A model generated the notes under the pieces. The model ran no database searches. It was not told the DNA's origin and saw nothing but the letters and a program-made list of their open reading frames with translations. Positions 36,192 to 46,699 of a DNA stretch of 64,000 bases are shown piece by piece. The stretch lies in the NCBI GenBank assembly GCA_910579075.1, contig CAJTSV010000001.1, positions 11,304 through 75,303 on the forward strand, given 5' to 3'. Within the stretch, counting starts at the first letter, position 1. Each line of letters begins with the position of its first letter. The translations under genes and the position numbers were made by a program. The stretch comes from an uncultured Eubacterium sp. Its GTDB lineage: Bacteria > Bacillota > Clostridia > Lachnospirales > Lachnospiraceae.

Positions 36192-38396
36192 TTATCCAAG
36201 CATGCTTGTAAAAGATGACATCTGACTTTGAAGCTTTGAGAGAGCTACTTCCATTGCAGAAAACTTCTTATAGTAAGAATCTTCAATTTCCTCAACTTTT
36301 TTATTCCACTCTTTAATCGTAGTCGTATAATCGCTGTAGCTCTTTGCCATCTCCTTATCATTATATACAGTATAGGCACTTCTAAGCGATGTAGCTTTCA
36401 TCTTCGCATCCAGATTGGAATACAGATTGGAAGTAACCTTTTTCATAATTTCTTCTACAACTTCTGGGTTTGAAGTCAGCATTTCCATCAATTTATCTGG
36501 ATTAGAAGAAGAATTGTTATCCTCGCTGTCTCCATCAATATGCAAGGCATTCTTTTCATTTTTAGAACTATTAAAATAACCAAGTGTCTTAATCCCAAGA
36601 TTGGCAAGGCTGTAATTTTTACCATTTACATTCACAGATACAGACATTGCACTGGACATTGCACTGATAATTCCACTTAACGTATTATCCCTTCTTAACA
36701 GGGAATCTTTGATTTTCTTTTCCCAATCAGCAACCTCCGAATCAGACATTGCCTCTTTTTCATCAGATGTCAGCGGCTCATAGCCCTTCGAAGAATCTGC
36801 ATTATAAAGGCTGGACATTTCATTCATTAACGCGTTATAGTCTGTAATCAGTCCTTTAATCTTATCATACATCCCCTGCGCATCGTTATCTGTCGTAATT
36901 GATATTTCTCCATCTGTCACAGCCTGGGCCTGTATTGTAAGGCCATTTACCTTAAAGGTATTGGATGAAGATGTATACTCAACGCCGTTCAGCTTAATTG
37001 TCGCGTCGCTGCCATCTACTTTTACTGCTCCGTTACCTGTATTCAGCTTCAGCATGTTCAATACATTATTGCCAGCCATTCCGTCGCTTGTAATCTCGAA
37101 ATCTCCCTCTGCGCCCGTCTTCTGTGATGTAATGTAGAAACGCTGGTTTTCTGCATCAAAAGATGCCTTCACGCCAGTACCTGAATCATTTATAGCATTC
37201 ACAAATTCACGGATGGTAGTTTCGCCATTTACTTTAATACTCTTTTCTCCGTTGCTTCCCTTGATATTTATCCAGGCATCTCCACTGTTGTAGCCTAATG
37301 CTGATAAAGCAGTGTCTGCCGTCACTTTCTGGTCTTTCGATAAAACACCGCCCGCTTTTAATTCGCTTCCGATTATTTTCCCAGTCTTTCCATCCACGCC
37401 TGCAGTTACGGATGCGCCAGTAAATCCTAACTTATCCATTATATCATCACCAGCATCGGATGTTACATCAAAGCTGACATTGCTTCCTTTTTCAGCCGCA
37501 GTAAAATTCAGCTTCTGTGTGCTTTCATTGAATACCAGCTTAACCCCCGCGCCAGAATCTTCTACTTTCTTTTTCAGGTCGTCAATGGTATCATTCTCAG
37601 ACACCGAAATTTCTTTTACAGTATCAACGCCATCTTTCGTAACTTTTATTTTAATCTTGCCAGAAGGATTTGTATAACCTAAATCAGATAATTTTGTACT
37701 GCCTGTAACAGAAGTTCCATCTGTCTTTGCCAGAGTATTTCCAAGCATATATGCAGCTTTTGCATAAGCTCCGTCTGTCTTATTGCCGTCACTGATTCCA
37801 AGGCTGCTTAATGCCCGTTCTCCATCCGCATCACCTGTAATCTCAAAAGCACTATCCTTGGAAAGCAGGGTAATGCTGCCGTCTTTAAATTCTGCGGTTA
37901 CTCCTGTCCCTGATTCATTAATCTGTTTTACCAAATCGTTTACGGATGTCGCAGACGATACTTTAATTTCTTTTTCACCGTCTTTACCCTTTAACTTGAT
38001 ATTGCCAATGCCCCCTTTATAGCCCAATTCTGATAAAGTAGGATTAGCAGACAGTTCATTCAGCTTGCCGCCCGTCAGGTAACCGCCCTGAGCCGTTTTG
38101 AGAATTTCCAGCTTCTGTGTACCATTTACCGCACTTCCGCTTGCCGTTACAGAAGCTTTGGAAGAATCTGACACCGTAGCTTTTTTCGCTGTCAGCCCGC
38201 CAAACCGGAAATTATCCAGGCTTTTATAAAAATTAAAAATCTTTGTATTCAATGATTTCCACACACTCTGCGTCCAGGACAGCTTTGTCTGCGATTTTAC
38301 ATATTTATCACCTTTCGCCCGATACGCAGACACCAGCTCTGAAATAATCGCATCTGTATCAAGCCCCGAGTTCATACCCGTAATTCGAATCGTCAT
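36192..38396 (-). CDS. fliD: flagellar filament cap protein FliD
   Basis: MTIRITGMNSGLDTDAIISELV N-terminus. Three internal IN-type repeats. C-terminus is FSAMEVALSKLQSQMSSFTSMLG. Confidence 0.9.
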   Translation of the reverse strand: MTIRITGMNSGLDTDAIISELVSAYRAKGDKYVKSQTKLSWTQSVWKSLNTKIFNFYKSLDNFRFGGLTAKKATVSDSSKASVTASGSAVNGTQKLEILKTAQGGYLTGGKLNELSANPTLSELGYKGGIGNIKLKGKDGEKEIKVSSATSVNDLVKQINESGTGVTAEFKDGSITLLSKDSAFEITGDADGERALSSLGISDGNKTDGAYAKAAYMLGNTLAKTDGTSVTGSTKLSDLGYTNPSGKIKIKVTKDGVDTVKEISVSENDTIDDLKKKVEDSGAGVKLVFNESTQKLNFTAAEKGSNVSFDVTSDAGDDIMDKLGFTGASVTAGVDGKTGKIIGSELKAGGVLSKDQKVTADTALSALGYNSGDAWINIKGSNGEKSIKVNGETTIREFVNAINDSGTGVKASFDAENQRFYITSQKTGAEGDFEITSDGMAGNNVLNMLKLNTGNGAVKVDGSDATIKLNGVEYTSSSNTFKVNGLTIQAQAVTDGEISITTDNDAQGMYDKIKGLITDYNALMNEMSSLYNADSSKGYEPLTSDEKEAMSDSEVADWEKKIKDSLLRRDNTLSGIISAMSSAMSVSVNVNGKNYSLANLGIKTLGYFNSSKNEKNALHIDGDSEDNNSSSNPDKLMEMLTSNPEVVEEIMKKVTSNLYSNLDAKMKATSLRSAYTVYNDKEMAKSYSDYTTTIKEWNKKVEEIEDSYYKKFSAMEVALSKLQSQMSSFTSMLG

Positions 38397-38408
38397 ATTC
38401 TTTCCCTC

Positions 38409-38858
38409 CTAAAATTTCTCATCAAACATTATCCCAGCCATTTCCCACACCTTCTGAATCATGTCGAGTGTCTGTTCCGGCGGGTATTCTTTTAATATAT
38501 CTTTTGTGTCCTTGTCTACAATCTTAATCATAACGCGGTTCGTGCCTTCGTGGATGCCGAATACTGCTTCCGTTTTATGATTCATTTTTTCCTTGAACTT
38601 TTCAATTGCCTGCTGCAGCTGTTTGTTGTTCTGCTGGCTGCCGCCCTGAAACTCTTTCTTTTTTTCCTGCTGTCCTTCCCTTACCGGCTCAAAAAGCCTG
38701 ATTTCAGAATCCGAGATATTTTCTTCCGGCCTGTCAGCAGTTTCGGCTGCGGGTGTCTTTGCAGCTGGCTTTTCATTTGTCCTGCTCTTATGTTCTGCTG
38801 CACCTGACGTTCGTCCATGATAAGTCACTGCAGCCATGTTCATTGCTTCTATCGCCAT
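38409..38858 (-). CDS. flaG: FlaG family protein
   Basis: C-terminus AVFGIHEGTNRVMIKIVDKDTKDILKEYPPEQTLDM. ATG at 38858 lies 5 nt after GGAGGTGA. Confidence 0.8.
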   Translation of the reverse strand: MAIEAMNMAAVTYHGRTSGAAEHKSRTNEKPAAKTPAAETADRPEENISDSEIRLFEPVREGQQEKKKEFQGGSQQNNKQLQQAIEKFKEKMNHKTEAVFGIHEGTNRVMIKIVDKDTKDILKEYPPEQTLDMIQKVWEMAGIMFDEKF

Positions 38859-38911
38859 ATCATCACCTCCATGCGAATGCTCTGGCTTGCCCACTACTCC
38901 TATTGCTCTTT

Positions 38912-38939
38912 ATATCGGTTCGTATACCTGAAAAATTTA
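38912..38939 (-). promoter_or_regulatory. candidate sigma-28 promoter for flaG-fliD-fliS-fliT
   Basis: Minus strand reads TAAA-17 nt-CCGATAT, about 55 nt upstream of flaG. The spacer is one nt longer than the usual 15-16. Confidence 0.45.
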
Positions 38940-38941
38940 TA

Positions 38942-39157
38942 TTAAAACATATTTTTCAATATTTCCATGCTTTCTGCGCTGGATGATTCTTCGTTTTCTT
39001 TCTGAATCTGGAGATATACTTCCTTACGGTAGATTGGTACTTCTTTTGGAGCAGATACGCCTATTTTTACCTGATCGCCCCGGATTTCAAGTATCGTTAC
39101 TTCAATATTGTTGTTCAGCACCAGTGCTTCGCCTTTTTTTCTGGTCAGTGCCAGCAT
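38942..39157 (-). CDS. csrA: carbon storage regulator CsrA
   Basis: MLALTRKKGEALVLNNNIEVTILEIRGDQVKIGVSAPKEVPIYRKEV. Confidence 0.95.
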   Translation of the reverse strand: MLALTRKKGEALVLNNNIEVTILEIRGDQVKIGVSAPKEVPIYRKEVYLQIQKENEESSSAESMEILKNMF

Positions 39158-39615
39158 TACTGCTCACCTGCTTTCTTCTTATTTAAAATGTCATAAATCA
39201 TGTATTTGACCGGGTAATCGTCTTCCACAATGAGCTGCGCTCCCTGCAGGTTTTCCATATTGATGATAAACGGGGCTTTCAGGTTCACCGACATTTTTTC
39301 GATGTCCTTCGGCACGGTGATTGTAACCAGGATAAAGGTGCTTTCAATCGGCATTTCGCCGAGTGCTTCCAGTTCTTCCCTGCTGACGGACGGCTTATAA
39401 TCCGGTTTTACGTCCAGCGGGTTGATGACAGGCAGCGCAAAATCCGGGTCATCCATCGACTGGAGCCATTTTACGCCGGCCTTCTCCTTTTTTTCTTCAT
39501 CGAAAATAAGCGTAAAATGCTGCAAATCCGGAAATCCGATAATGCCTTCATTTAATGTGATGATTTTATCATCCTGTATATCAATCTCGCCAAATAATCT
39601 CGTATCTGCCTTCAT
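39157..39615 (-). CDS. fliW: flagellar assembly factor FliW
   Basis: FGEIDIQDDKIITLNEGIIGFPDLQHFTL..WLQSMDDPDFALPVINP. Immediately upstream of csrA. Confidence 0.9.
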   Translation of the reverse strand: MKADTRLFGEIDIQDDKIITLNEGIIGFPDLQHFTLIFDEEKKEKAGVKWLQSMDDPDFALPVINPLDVKPDYKPSVSREELEALGEMPIESTFILVTITVPKDIEKMSVNLKAPFIINMENLQGAQLIVEDDYPVKYMIYDILNKKKAGEQ

Positions 39616-39796
39616 TTGATACTCCTTCTGCGTTTTTGGGCATTCTGCATGATTGTTTTTAAATATGCCCTGTGTTCTGTTTCTGAATAAATTCTGATGA
39701 AAGTTATGAACGCCAAAAACACCGCAATGTTTCTGACGTCCATGTCCTTTTATTATGATATTAATCCTGCTGTCCTGTGCATGCTATGCAGCCAGT

Positions 39797-41665
39797 TTAA
39801 ATGAAATCCAGCAGTGTCATCTTGCCTATTTTGGCTGCTGCCTGCAGTGCACACTGGTAAGCAACGGATGCTGCTGTATAGTTAATGACAAGGTCTGACA
39901 AGTCCATATCTTCATTAATGGATTTTAATTCCTTAAAGGTGGACTGCTGCACGCCCATCCGGCTCTTGGTCAGCGCTACGCGTTCGCCGCGGCCGCCCAG
40001 GTCTGTGATTTCCAGATTGGTATCATCCAGATAGCCCTGGAATTTTGTAATGTAAGAACTGTAGGTATCGTGCATGTTCTGCTTTGCATAGTCAAGCTGT
40101 TTATTTGCTGCATCGTACCATTCTTCCAGCTTTTTCAAATCCTCGCCTTCATAGTTTCCGGAATCAATTTTTTTCTTGATATCATCTACTGTTGTCTGCG
40201 CAGAAATAGCTGTGCTTACGATATCAATCAGTTCATCCAGGTCACGGCGGATATCGGAATTGAAGACTTCCCTTGCCTCGGTATTTATCTGCATCTGCTG
40301 CCCGCCGGCGATATTGTAAAAGATGCCCTGCGTCAGCCAGTTTCCGTCTTCATCGAAATTTTCATATGTGATATTGTCCCGGTCTTTCATGTAACGGGTA
40401 CAGTTGAAATAATATTCCGGGCGCAGCTCGCCTTCTTCAAAGCCTGTTTTATCATAATCCAGCTGTAAGTCTGCACGGTTGGAGTCCAATACCTCCGCTA
40501 CTTTATCACTGAAAATCAGCTCGCCGTTTTCATGGTCAAACACGATTTCGTTATCACCGATTTTATAATCAGCATCACGCAGCGATGTGGTATCTGTTAC
40601 CCGGTAGCTGATTGGAGCGGATGTGCCTGCACCGGCAGACAGCACCGGGCTTTTCGTGTTATCGCCAGCTACTTGTATATTCACGGTTTCTGCTGGCACA
40701 GCACCGGCTTTTGGCTGATTATTCGCTGCATCCCAGTCTTCATTTTTATATACGCCGTAAGTATATGGCGGCGTTGTACCAGCCGATGTCTGATAGATAT
40801 GGTACTGCTCCCCTTCTGCGCTATTCGGCTGCACAACTGTCAGCGGCTGTTTTAATGCCATAAGAGGATTGCCGTCTGCATCCGTCAGAACATTGCCGGC
40901 CGCATCTTTCTGAACTTCCAGCTCGGCGGTAATGCTGCCGCCGCCTTTTACGCCAACGGTAATCTTATTTTCTTCAAATTTTGTGTCGACAACATCGCCG
41001 TAAGAAACCGTCAGCGAATTCCCATCCTTCGTAATCTTGTCATAAGCCAGCCGCAGCCTGTTAAGCTCAACCTCTTTAAATACATCCGGGCTGTTATTTT
41101 TCAGGTTTTCGTCCGAAGTATCATCAAACCCGTTTGCATAATATTTTTTCTTTTCGACATCCCGGTAATCAAATTTTTCGGTAATCTCGTAATGCTCCTG
41201 TTTTGCTTCCGCATTGCTCATAAACGTCAGGTTCTGGTCGGTTTTATATCCGGTAAAGACCGTCCTTCCTGCATAATCTGCATTGCCTTCGCAGTAAATC
41301 TGCTGCTGCAGGGACTGGAGCGCTTTTAAAATAGTCTGGCGGTCTTCGGTTTCAAGTTCGTCCGTTGCACCGTATACTACGCGGCTGTATGCATCTGTGA
41401 GCAGGTCTTTCATATTGGTCAGCGCTGTTTCCGTACAGTCCATCCAGGATTCTGCATCCGGGATATTGTTTTCGTAATACTGCGTAATTGTGCTTAAGGT
41501 GCTGCGCAGTCGCAGGGAACGGATTGCAATAATCGGGTTGTCGGAAGGCTTTGTAATTTTCTTCTGGGTAGACATCTGGTTATTGGTATAGTCTACCTTG
41601 GACCTGTTGTTATTGATATTTGTCTTGGTCCGCTTGACAATCATGGAATTTGTTACTCGCATCAT
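39797..41665 (-). CDS. flgL: flagellar hook-associated protein 3 FlgL (large, 622 aa)
   Basis: MRVTNSMIV..NNQMSTQKKITKPSDNPIIAIRSLRLRS N-terminus with a flagellin-like C-terminus. Position after flgK. Confidence 0.85.
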   Translation of the reverse strand: MMRVTNSMIVKRTKTNINNNRSKVDYTNNQMSTQKKITKPSDNPIIAIRSLRLRSTLSTITQYYENNIPDAESWMDCTETALTNMKDLLTDAYSRVVYGATDELETEDRQTILKALQSLQQQIYCEGNADYAGRTVFTGYKTDQNLTFMSNAEAKQEHYEITEKFDYRDVEKKKYYANGFDDTSDENLKNNSPDVFKEVELNRLRLAYDKITKDGNSLTVSYGDVVDTKFEENKITVGVKGGGSITAELEVQKDAAGNVLTDADGNPLMALKQPLTVVQPNSAEGEQYHIYQTSAGTTPPYTYGVYKNEDWDAANNQPKAGAVPAETVNIQVAGDNTKSPVLSAGAGTSAPISYRVTDTTSLRDADYKIGDNEIVFDHENGELIFSDKVAEVLDSNRADLQLDYDKTGFEEGELRPEYYFNCTRYMKDRDNITYENFDEDGNWLTQGIFYNIAGGQQMQINTEAREVFNSDIRRDLDELIDIVSTAISAQTTVDDIKKKIDSGNYEGEDLKKLEEWYDAANKQLDYAKQNMHDTYSSYITKFQGYLDDTNLEITDLGGRGERVALTKSRMGVQQSTFKELKSINEDMDLSDLVINYTAASVAYQCALQAAAKIGKMTLLDFI

Positions 41666-41682
41666 ATAGCCGTTCCCTCCTT

Positions 41683-43647
41683 TTATACACCTGTCTGCGT
41701 AATCAGCCGGTCATACATCTGATTCATTGTGGATATGATTTTGGAAGCGAGATTGTAGGCGTTCTGGAATTTAATCAAGTCCATGCCTTCCTCGTCTTCA
41801 TCCACACTGGAAACAGACATCCGGTAAGTATCTACGATTGAACCGATATCTCCATAATTCGCAGCCAGAATTTCTGCTTCCTGGGCATCTACGGTAATGT
41901 CCGAGATAATATAGCGCAGGAACTGGTCGCCGCCTGCCCCGCGGTAAATCTGTGTCTTGGACTCTAACTGCAGCATCATATCGATAATGCCGGCCTCGCT
42001 TTCATCCGTGTCCGTGCGGATGGATGATGCAAAATAACCCGCCGTTACATTCAGGCTCTTATTATTGACAGCCGCATTTCCTGCGGTAAGCTGGTAATAA
42101 TTGCCGCCGATGGCATCTGACGAATATTTCATGCGCTGGCCTGGTTCGCCATCTGATTTTTTGGTATCTAAAAATGTATTTTCTTCGCCGTTTGTCTTGA
42201 TTGCTACGAAAAACGCACCCATCTGGTTGCCTTCCGTATCAACACCGCCGTTTTTATAATCAATATCTTTTGGAATGACATTTCCGTCTGCATCAATGGT
42301 ATAACGTTCTCCTACGGCATTGCCCTCGCTGTCGACTGTCCCGTCTCCTTTTCCGTAAATCTGCATATCGTTAAATTTACGGCAGAAGGAACGCAGGAAT
42401 TCATTCATCTGCGACATATAATACGGAATGCCGCGTGAATCAATGGCACGGCCAATCGATACTTCCCGCCCGGCTTTTCCGGCCAGGGAAGATACGTTAT
42501 TCCCCTCCAGCTCAAATACATAGCTGTATTTTTCCTTGCCGTTTTCATCCAGGGAAACACGCATTTCAAACCTGGAATAGGTGTAAGTGCGGTTTGCAAT
42601 CGTAATCTGCCCTGCTGCCGGCATGTTCATGCCTTCTACGGTTGTAATGTTCGGGTTTTCTATTGTAATCTTGTTGCCCTCTACTTTGGACATGATTCCC
42701 TGGAAGTTTTCTTTGTTATTGCCGTCACGGATATTTAAGACTGCTTTTAATTCCCCTGACATCGTGTCAGACGAAGCGTAAAATTCATTGCCCGTATGTG
42801 ACCAGCGGATATCATACAGTCCTTCGATATCGCTCTGTCCGACTTTTTCTGTACGCGCGTAGCATTCCAGCTCGTTATAGTCGCTGCCGTCTACCAGAAG
42901 CTGCCCTTCTACGCGCACACGGAACCTGGTGCCGCCCAGATAATTGTCCGGGTCATAGGAATTTTGTACTTCGGTTTCTTCGATTTCAATCGGCACAATC
43001 GCAGAAAGCTGGTCAAGCAGGTAAGCGCGCTGGTCACGCAGCTCGTTTGCACGCCTGCCCTGGATTTCAATCGTATTGATTTTTTCATTAATAATCGAAA
43101 TTTTCTGCGCATAGGAATTAATATCCGTAACAAGCGCTTTGACTTCCTGATTACAGTCAGACTGGATATCCTGAAGGTTTTTATACATGCTGTTGAAGTA
43201 TTCCATCATGCTCTGCGCATCGTTGATAAACTGGTTGCGGATATATAAATCCGCTGGTGCGCCCTTTAAGGAATCCATGGTCTTAAACATTTTTGAATAA
43301 AGCTTTTCAAAGCCAGCCAGATTGACCGAATCATCCCGGTACAGGTTTTCAATCTGGGACATATAATATACTTTTTTCTCATACTGCCCGACATTGCTGT
43401 TGTTCGTCCAGTATTTTACATCATAATAAGTATTGCGCAGCTGCGTAATCGAAACCGCGTCTACACCGCTGCCTAACGTGCCGTATGTGTAATTGCGCAG
43501 CGCTGCTTTTGCTTCAAGGTTTACAACCTGCTTGCTGTAGCCCGGCGTATTGGCATTGGACACGTTATTTGCTGTTGTATTTATGGAAGCCGAATATGCA
43601 TTTAATGCAGACCAGCCGATATTCAATCCGAAAAATGTAGAACTCAT
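41683..43647 (-). CDS. flgK: flagellar hook-associated protein 1 FlgK
   Basis: MSSTFFGLNIGWSALNAYSASINTTANNVSNANTPGYSKQ. C-terminus is LIKFQNAYNLASKIISTMNQMYDRLI. Confidence 0.9.
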   Translation of the reverse strand: MSSTFFGLNIGWSALNAYSASINTTANNVSNANTPGYSKQVVNLEAKAALRNYTYGTLGSGVDAVSITQLRNTYYDVKYWTNNSNVGQYEKKVYYMSQIENLYRDDSVNLAGFEKLYSKMFKTMDSLKGAPADLYIRNQFINDAQSMMEYFNSMYKNLQDIQSDCNQEVKALVTDINSYAQKISIINEKINTIEIQGRRANELRDQRAYLLDQLSAIVPIEIEETEVQNSYDPDNYLGGTRFRVRVEGQLLVDGSDYNELECYARTEKVGQSDIEGLYDIRWSHTGNEFYASSDTMSGELKAVLNIRDGNNKENFQGIMSKVEGNKITIENPNITTVEGMNMPAAGQITIANRTYTYSRFEMRVSLDENGKEKYSYVFELEGNNVSSLAGKAGREVSIGRAIDSRGIPYYMSQMNEFLRSFCRKFNDMQIYGKGDGTVDSEGNAVGERYTIDADGNVIPKDIDYKNGGVDTEGNQMGAFFVAIKTNGEENTFLDTKKSDGEPGQRMKYSSDAIGGNYYQLTAGNAAVNNKSLNVTAGYFASSIRTDTDESEAGIIDMMLQLESKTQIYRGAGGDQFLRYIISDITVDAQEAEILAANYGDIGSIVDTYRMSVSSVDEDEEGMDLIKFQNAYNLASKIISTMNQMYDRLITQTGV

Positions 43648-43721
43648 ATATTCACCTCACGTCCTCATATTCCAAAGCATGAGACTGCTGCCCGCAGCGT
43701 TTCATGCCCCGGCATATGCTG

Positions 43722-45722
43722 TTATAATCCTGTTACAAGTGCCTCTATCATGTCACTGACTGTCTGGATATAGCGGCTGGAAGCATTGTACGCATTCTGG
43801 TATTTTATCATTCGGGTCAGTTCTTCGTCTGTAGATACACCGATAACCTCATTGCGGTGGTTTTCTACCGAAGAAAGCGTTCCTTCCAGTTTTTCTGCCG
43901 TCGTTCCGTACATGGAACCGACAATTGCTATTTCACCAATCATTTCCTTGTAATATTCACTGTAACTGTACTTTGACTCTGTGTAACGCGGATTAATCGC
44001 CAGTGTCTTGTCATCCCATAAATTTGCCAGCTTGATTGCCATGTCATGGGCAATTTCCATATTATCATGCTTATGCGGAAGGTTTTTAATATCCGTCAGC
44101 AGCGCAAAATTAATTTCGATTTCCAGCGATGTGTACTGTTTGGATGTATCGTATTTATAATCTTCATTGATAATCCAGTGTCCGTTTATTTTCTGGCCTG
44201 TGTATTTCCTGTTTCCAGGCTTATCCCACGGCGTGTACGGCTTTGGTTCGGAATCGGATATAATATCCAGCGTTCCGTCCGCCTTAATGCCGTCGCCATT
44301 GACACCCGGCCCTATTTTCATATCAGAAACCATGGCATTTTCTTCATTAAATACCCGGTATGTCTGGCCATTGCTCATATGATAAGGCTCTGAGTCATTC
44401 ACGTCTTCTTCATTATACATATAAAACGTGCGCCATTCGCCTGTTTCCTCGTCGAACGCAGACACTTCCTTGTAACGCGGGCAGCCAGACCTTGTAAACA
44501 GCTCCTGCGGCGGCTTCTTTCCGTCTACGCCGACGCAGCAGTTTTCTTCATCCAGTACTTTTACGTTCCGGTAATTGGAATAAGAATAGCTGCCATCCGC
44601 ATTCTGCACCCGGACAACCAGGCTGTCCATTTTCTTATTCGGTGCCAGCAGATCGTTAATCTGCTTGACAATGCCGTGCACCAGCTGGTCAAATTCTGCC
44701 TGTGTATTCTGCATAATCGACAGGCCGACTGTTTCATCAAATACATCCGGGTCTGCATTCAGGATATCGTTGAAATTCGAAACGGTTTTGCCCCTTGCCT
44801 GCACAAGCGCTTTCAGCTCGCCGATATCCGTATCAAACTGTGTGCTGATTTCCCTTGTAAAATCAAATACTTCGTAGTAGTGTCCTGCATCCTCATTGGA
44901 CAAATGCGGCCAGTACGGAGTAATATACCCGGTCAGCTTATCGGTCTGTTTTCCCATCTGATAGAAGAACATATCGTCCGCTACCAGCTCACCCTCGAAT
45001 TTTATCGATACGGTGCCATTTGTTCTTTCTTCGTATGTAATATTTCCATATTTACTCAGCTGGTCGATTGCATAATCCCTTGCATCGCGCTCATTCATCG
45101 CTGTTTCGCGCCCGCCGGATTCTATGGATGCAATCTGTACATTTAACTGGTAAATCTGTTTGATATATTTATTAATATCATCTATATTATCAGAAATCTG
45201 AATATTGATATCCTTCTGGTAATCCATCAGCCCTTTAAAAACTGCCTGCGCCCTTGTCGCAAACAGGCTTGCTTTCTGGATTACAAGGTTTTGTGCCGCC
45301 ATGTCCGACGGGTCTTTGGAAAATTCCTCAAATGCCTGCCACAGGCTGCCCTCATTGCCGTCTAATATCTGCTGGAACGCAGTTCCTTCCAGCTCCTGAA
45401 AGAAATTCTGCACTTCGTCAATGGCATCGTAGCTCGCCTGGTAATAGGCCTGCCTTCCGTTTTCCTTGCGGAATGCCTTATCCAGAAAAATATCCCTTGC
45501 ATGAACGATTTCCCCGATGGAAGTTCCCTGTCCTATTAATTTTTTGTAATTGTTTTTGGAATATGCTAAATTGCTGTAGCGTGCATCACGAAAAACAACC
45601 TGCTGACGTACATACCCGTTGGTGTTTACGTTAGCCAGGTTGTTTGCTACATTATGAATCGAATCCTGAGAAGCTTTCAACCCCGAATGCCCTACAAAAA
45701 TAGAACCCATTCCATTTGCCAT
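43722..45722 (-). CDS. second FlgK-like hook-associated protein
   Basis: GSIFVGHSGLKASQDSIHNVANNLANVNTNGYVRQQ N-terminus. C-terminus is MIKYQNAYNASSRYIQTVSDMIEALV. Confidence 0.75.
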   Translation of the reverse strand: MANGMGSIFVGHSGLKASQDSIHNVANNLANVNTNGYVRQQVVFRDARYSNLAYSKNNYKKLIGQGTSIGEIVHARDIFLDKAFRKENGRQAYYQASYDAIDEVQNFFQELEGTAFQQILDGNEGSLWQAFEEFSKDPSDMAAQNLVIQKASLFATRAQAVFKGLMDYQKDINIQISDNIDDINKYIKQIYQLNVQIASIESGGRETAMNERDARDYAIDQLSKYGNITYEERTNGTVSIKFEGELVADDMFFYQMGKQTDKLTGYITPYWPHLSNEDAGHYYEVFDFTREISTQFDTDIGELKALVQARGKTVSNFNDILNADPDVFDETVGLSIMQNTQAEFDQLVHGIVKQINDLLAPNKKMDSLVVRVQNADGSYSYSNYRNVKVLDEENCCVGVDGKKPPQELFTRSGCPRYKEVSAFDEETGEWRTFYMYNEEDVNDSEPYHMSNGQTYRVFNEENAMVSDMKIGPGVNGDGIKADGTLDIISDSEPKPYTPWDKPGNRKYTGQKINGHWIINEDYKYDTSKQYTSLEIEINFALLTDIKNLPHKHDNMEIAHDMAIKLANLWDDKTLAINPRYTESKYSYSEYYKEMIGEIAIVGSMYGTTAEKLEGTLSSVENHRNEVIGVSTDEELTRMIKYQNAYNASSRYIQTVSDMIEALVTGL

Positions 45723-45743
45723 AATTGCTCACACTCCTGTCCG

Positions 45744-46256
45744 TTATTGTTTTGCGTCAAATCCGCCGCCACCTAGTATCTCTCCCGTATTATATGCGTT
45801 CTTGTTATAGTTCGCTGTCTCGGGTGCGGTTCGCATGCTTCGAAACAGAGTCAGGTCAAACTCTACCATTTCCAGAGCCTGATTCAGCAATGTCTGGTTT
45901 TGTTCATTGATTTTCCGAACTTCTGCTAATGTCGTCTTTAACTGTTCTTTTACGTCCTGTAACCGTTTCTGTTCCTTTGGCTGGCTGCCCAGCATTTCGA
46001 TAACAGAATCAAGTGTAAAATCCTGCTCCGGCTTATTGAGCACAACGGCCATATCGCTCATGACCTTGCGCCTGTGGTTATCCAGATTCTGGATTCTGCT
46101 CGTTACATCCTGTTCCAAATCTACAATTTTTTCCAGCGCCGGAACGTTGGCATCTATGATGACCTGTTTTTTTTCCTTAGATAACTCGGCTAATTTCCGA
46201 TACTGTTCGTTCTCGCTCTCTAAGACCTGTACCAGGTCATCCATTAAACTTGCCAC
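45744..46256 (-). CDS. flgN: FlgN family flagellar chaperone
   Basis: LVQVLESENEQYRKLAELSKEKKQVIIDANVPALEKIV. Position between flgM and flgK. GTG start after GAGGA. Confidence 0.75.
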   Translation of the reverse strand: MASLMDDLVQVLESENEQYRKLAELSKEKKQVIIDANVPALEKIVDLEQDVTSRIQNLDNHRRKVMSDMAVVLNKPEQDFTLDSVIEMLGSQPKEQKRLQDVKEQLKTTLAEVRKINEQNQTLLNQALEMVEFDLTLFRSMRTAPETANYNKNAYNTGEILGGGGFDAKQ

Positions 46257-46290
46257 ATTTTATCCTCACATTTCTTTTTGTTTTGTTACT

Positions 46291-46569
46291 TTAATTAGCC
46301 GCATAATAGCTCGCTAACAATTTGCTCGCAAAATCTCCAGTATCAACGTCATAGTTTCCAGACTTTATGCTTGATTTAAGCTCTGCAACTTTATCTTCCC
46401 TGATATCCGAAGCTGCTGCGACTGCCTGTTTTGCGATTTGATAATCCTTCCCTGCCCTCGAAATCTGAACCTGATCACGTGCAGAGCTGATTTCTGCGGT
46501 ACCCGCTGCCTTAGAAGGCTTTGTCGTTTTGTATAAGGCTGCAATCTGGTTATAAGCATCTATACGCAT
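46291..46569 (-). CDS. flgM: anti-sigma-28 factor FlgM
   Basis: C-terminal REDKVAELKSSIKSGNYDVDTGDFASKLL. I prefer the ATG at 46569 because it is 9 nt after AAAGGAG. The ATG at 46578 abuts the RBS. Confidence 0.8.
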   Translation of the reverse strand: MRIDAYNQIAALYKTTKPSKAAGTAEISSARDQVQISRAGKDYQIAKQAVAAASDIREDKVAELKSSIKSGNYDVDTGDFASKLLASYYAAN

Positions 46570-46673
46570 AATAGGCATCTCCTTTCATCGTCTCATCCCT
46601 GAATCAAATTTCTACAAAACTCCACTTGAATGCTGCTGTTTTTTTGCTGCTTTGTGAAGTTCTATAACTTGTT

Positions 46674-46699
46674 TATCGGATGTTTTCGGGATTTTGTTA
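46674..46699 (-). promoter_or_regulatory. weak candidate sigma-28 promoter upstream of flgM
   Basis: Minus strand reads TAAC-16 nt-CCGATAA, with two mismatches to TAAA/CCGATAT. Confidence 0.3.

Noticed and set aside
36192-38396. Three ~85-aa internal repeats in FliD (LSELGYKGGIGNIKLKG.., LSDLGYTNPSGKIKIKV.., LSALGYNSGDAWINIKG..), considered as an unusual insertion
   Set aside because: Repeated 'IN'-type motifs in the central region are a normal feature of FliD cap proteins. I do not treat them as novel.
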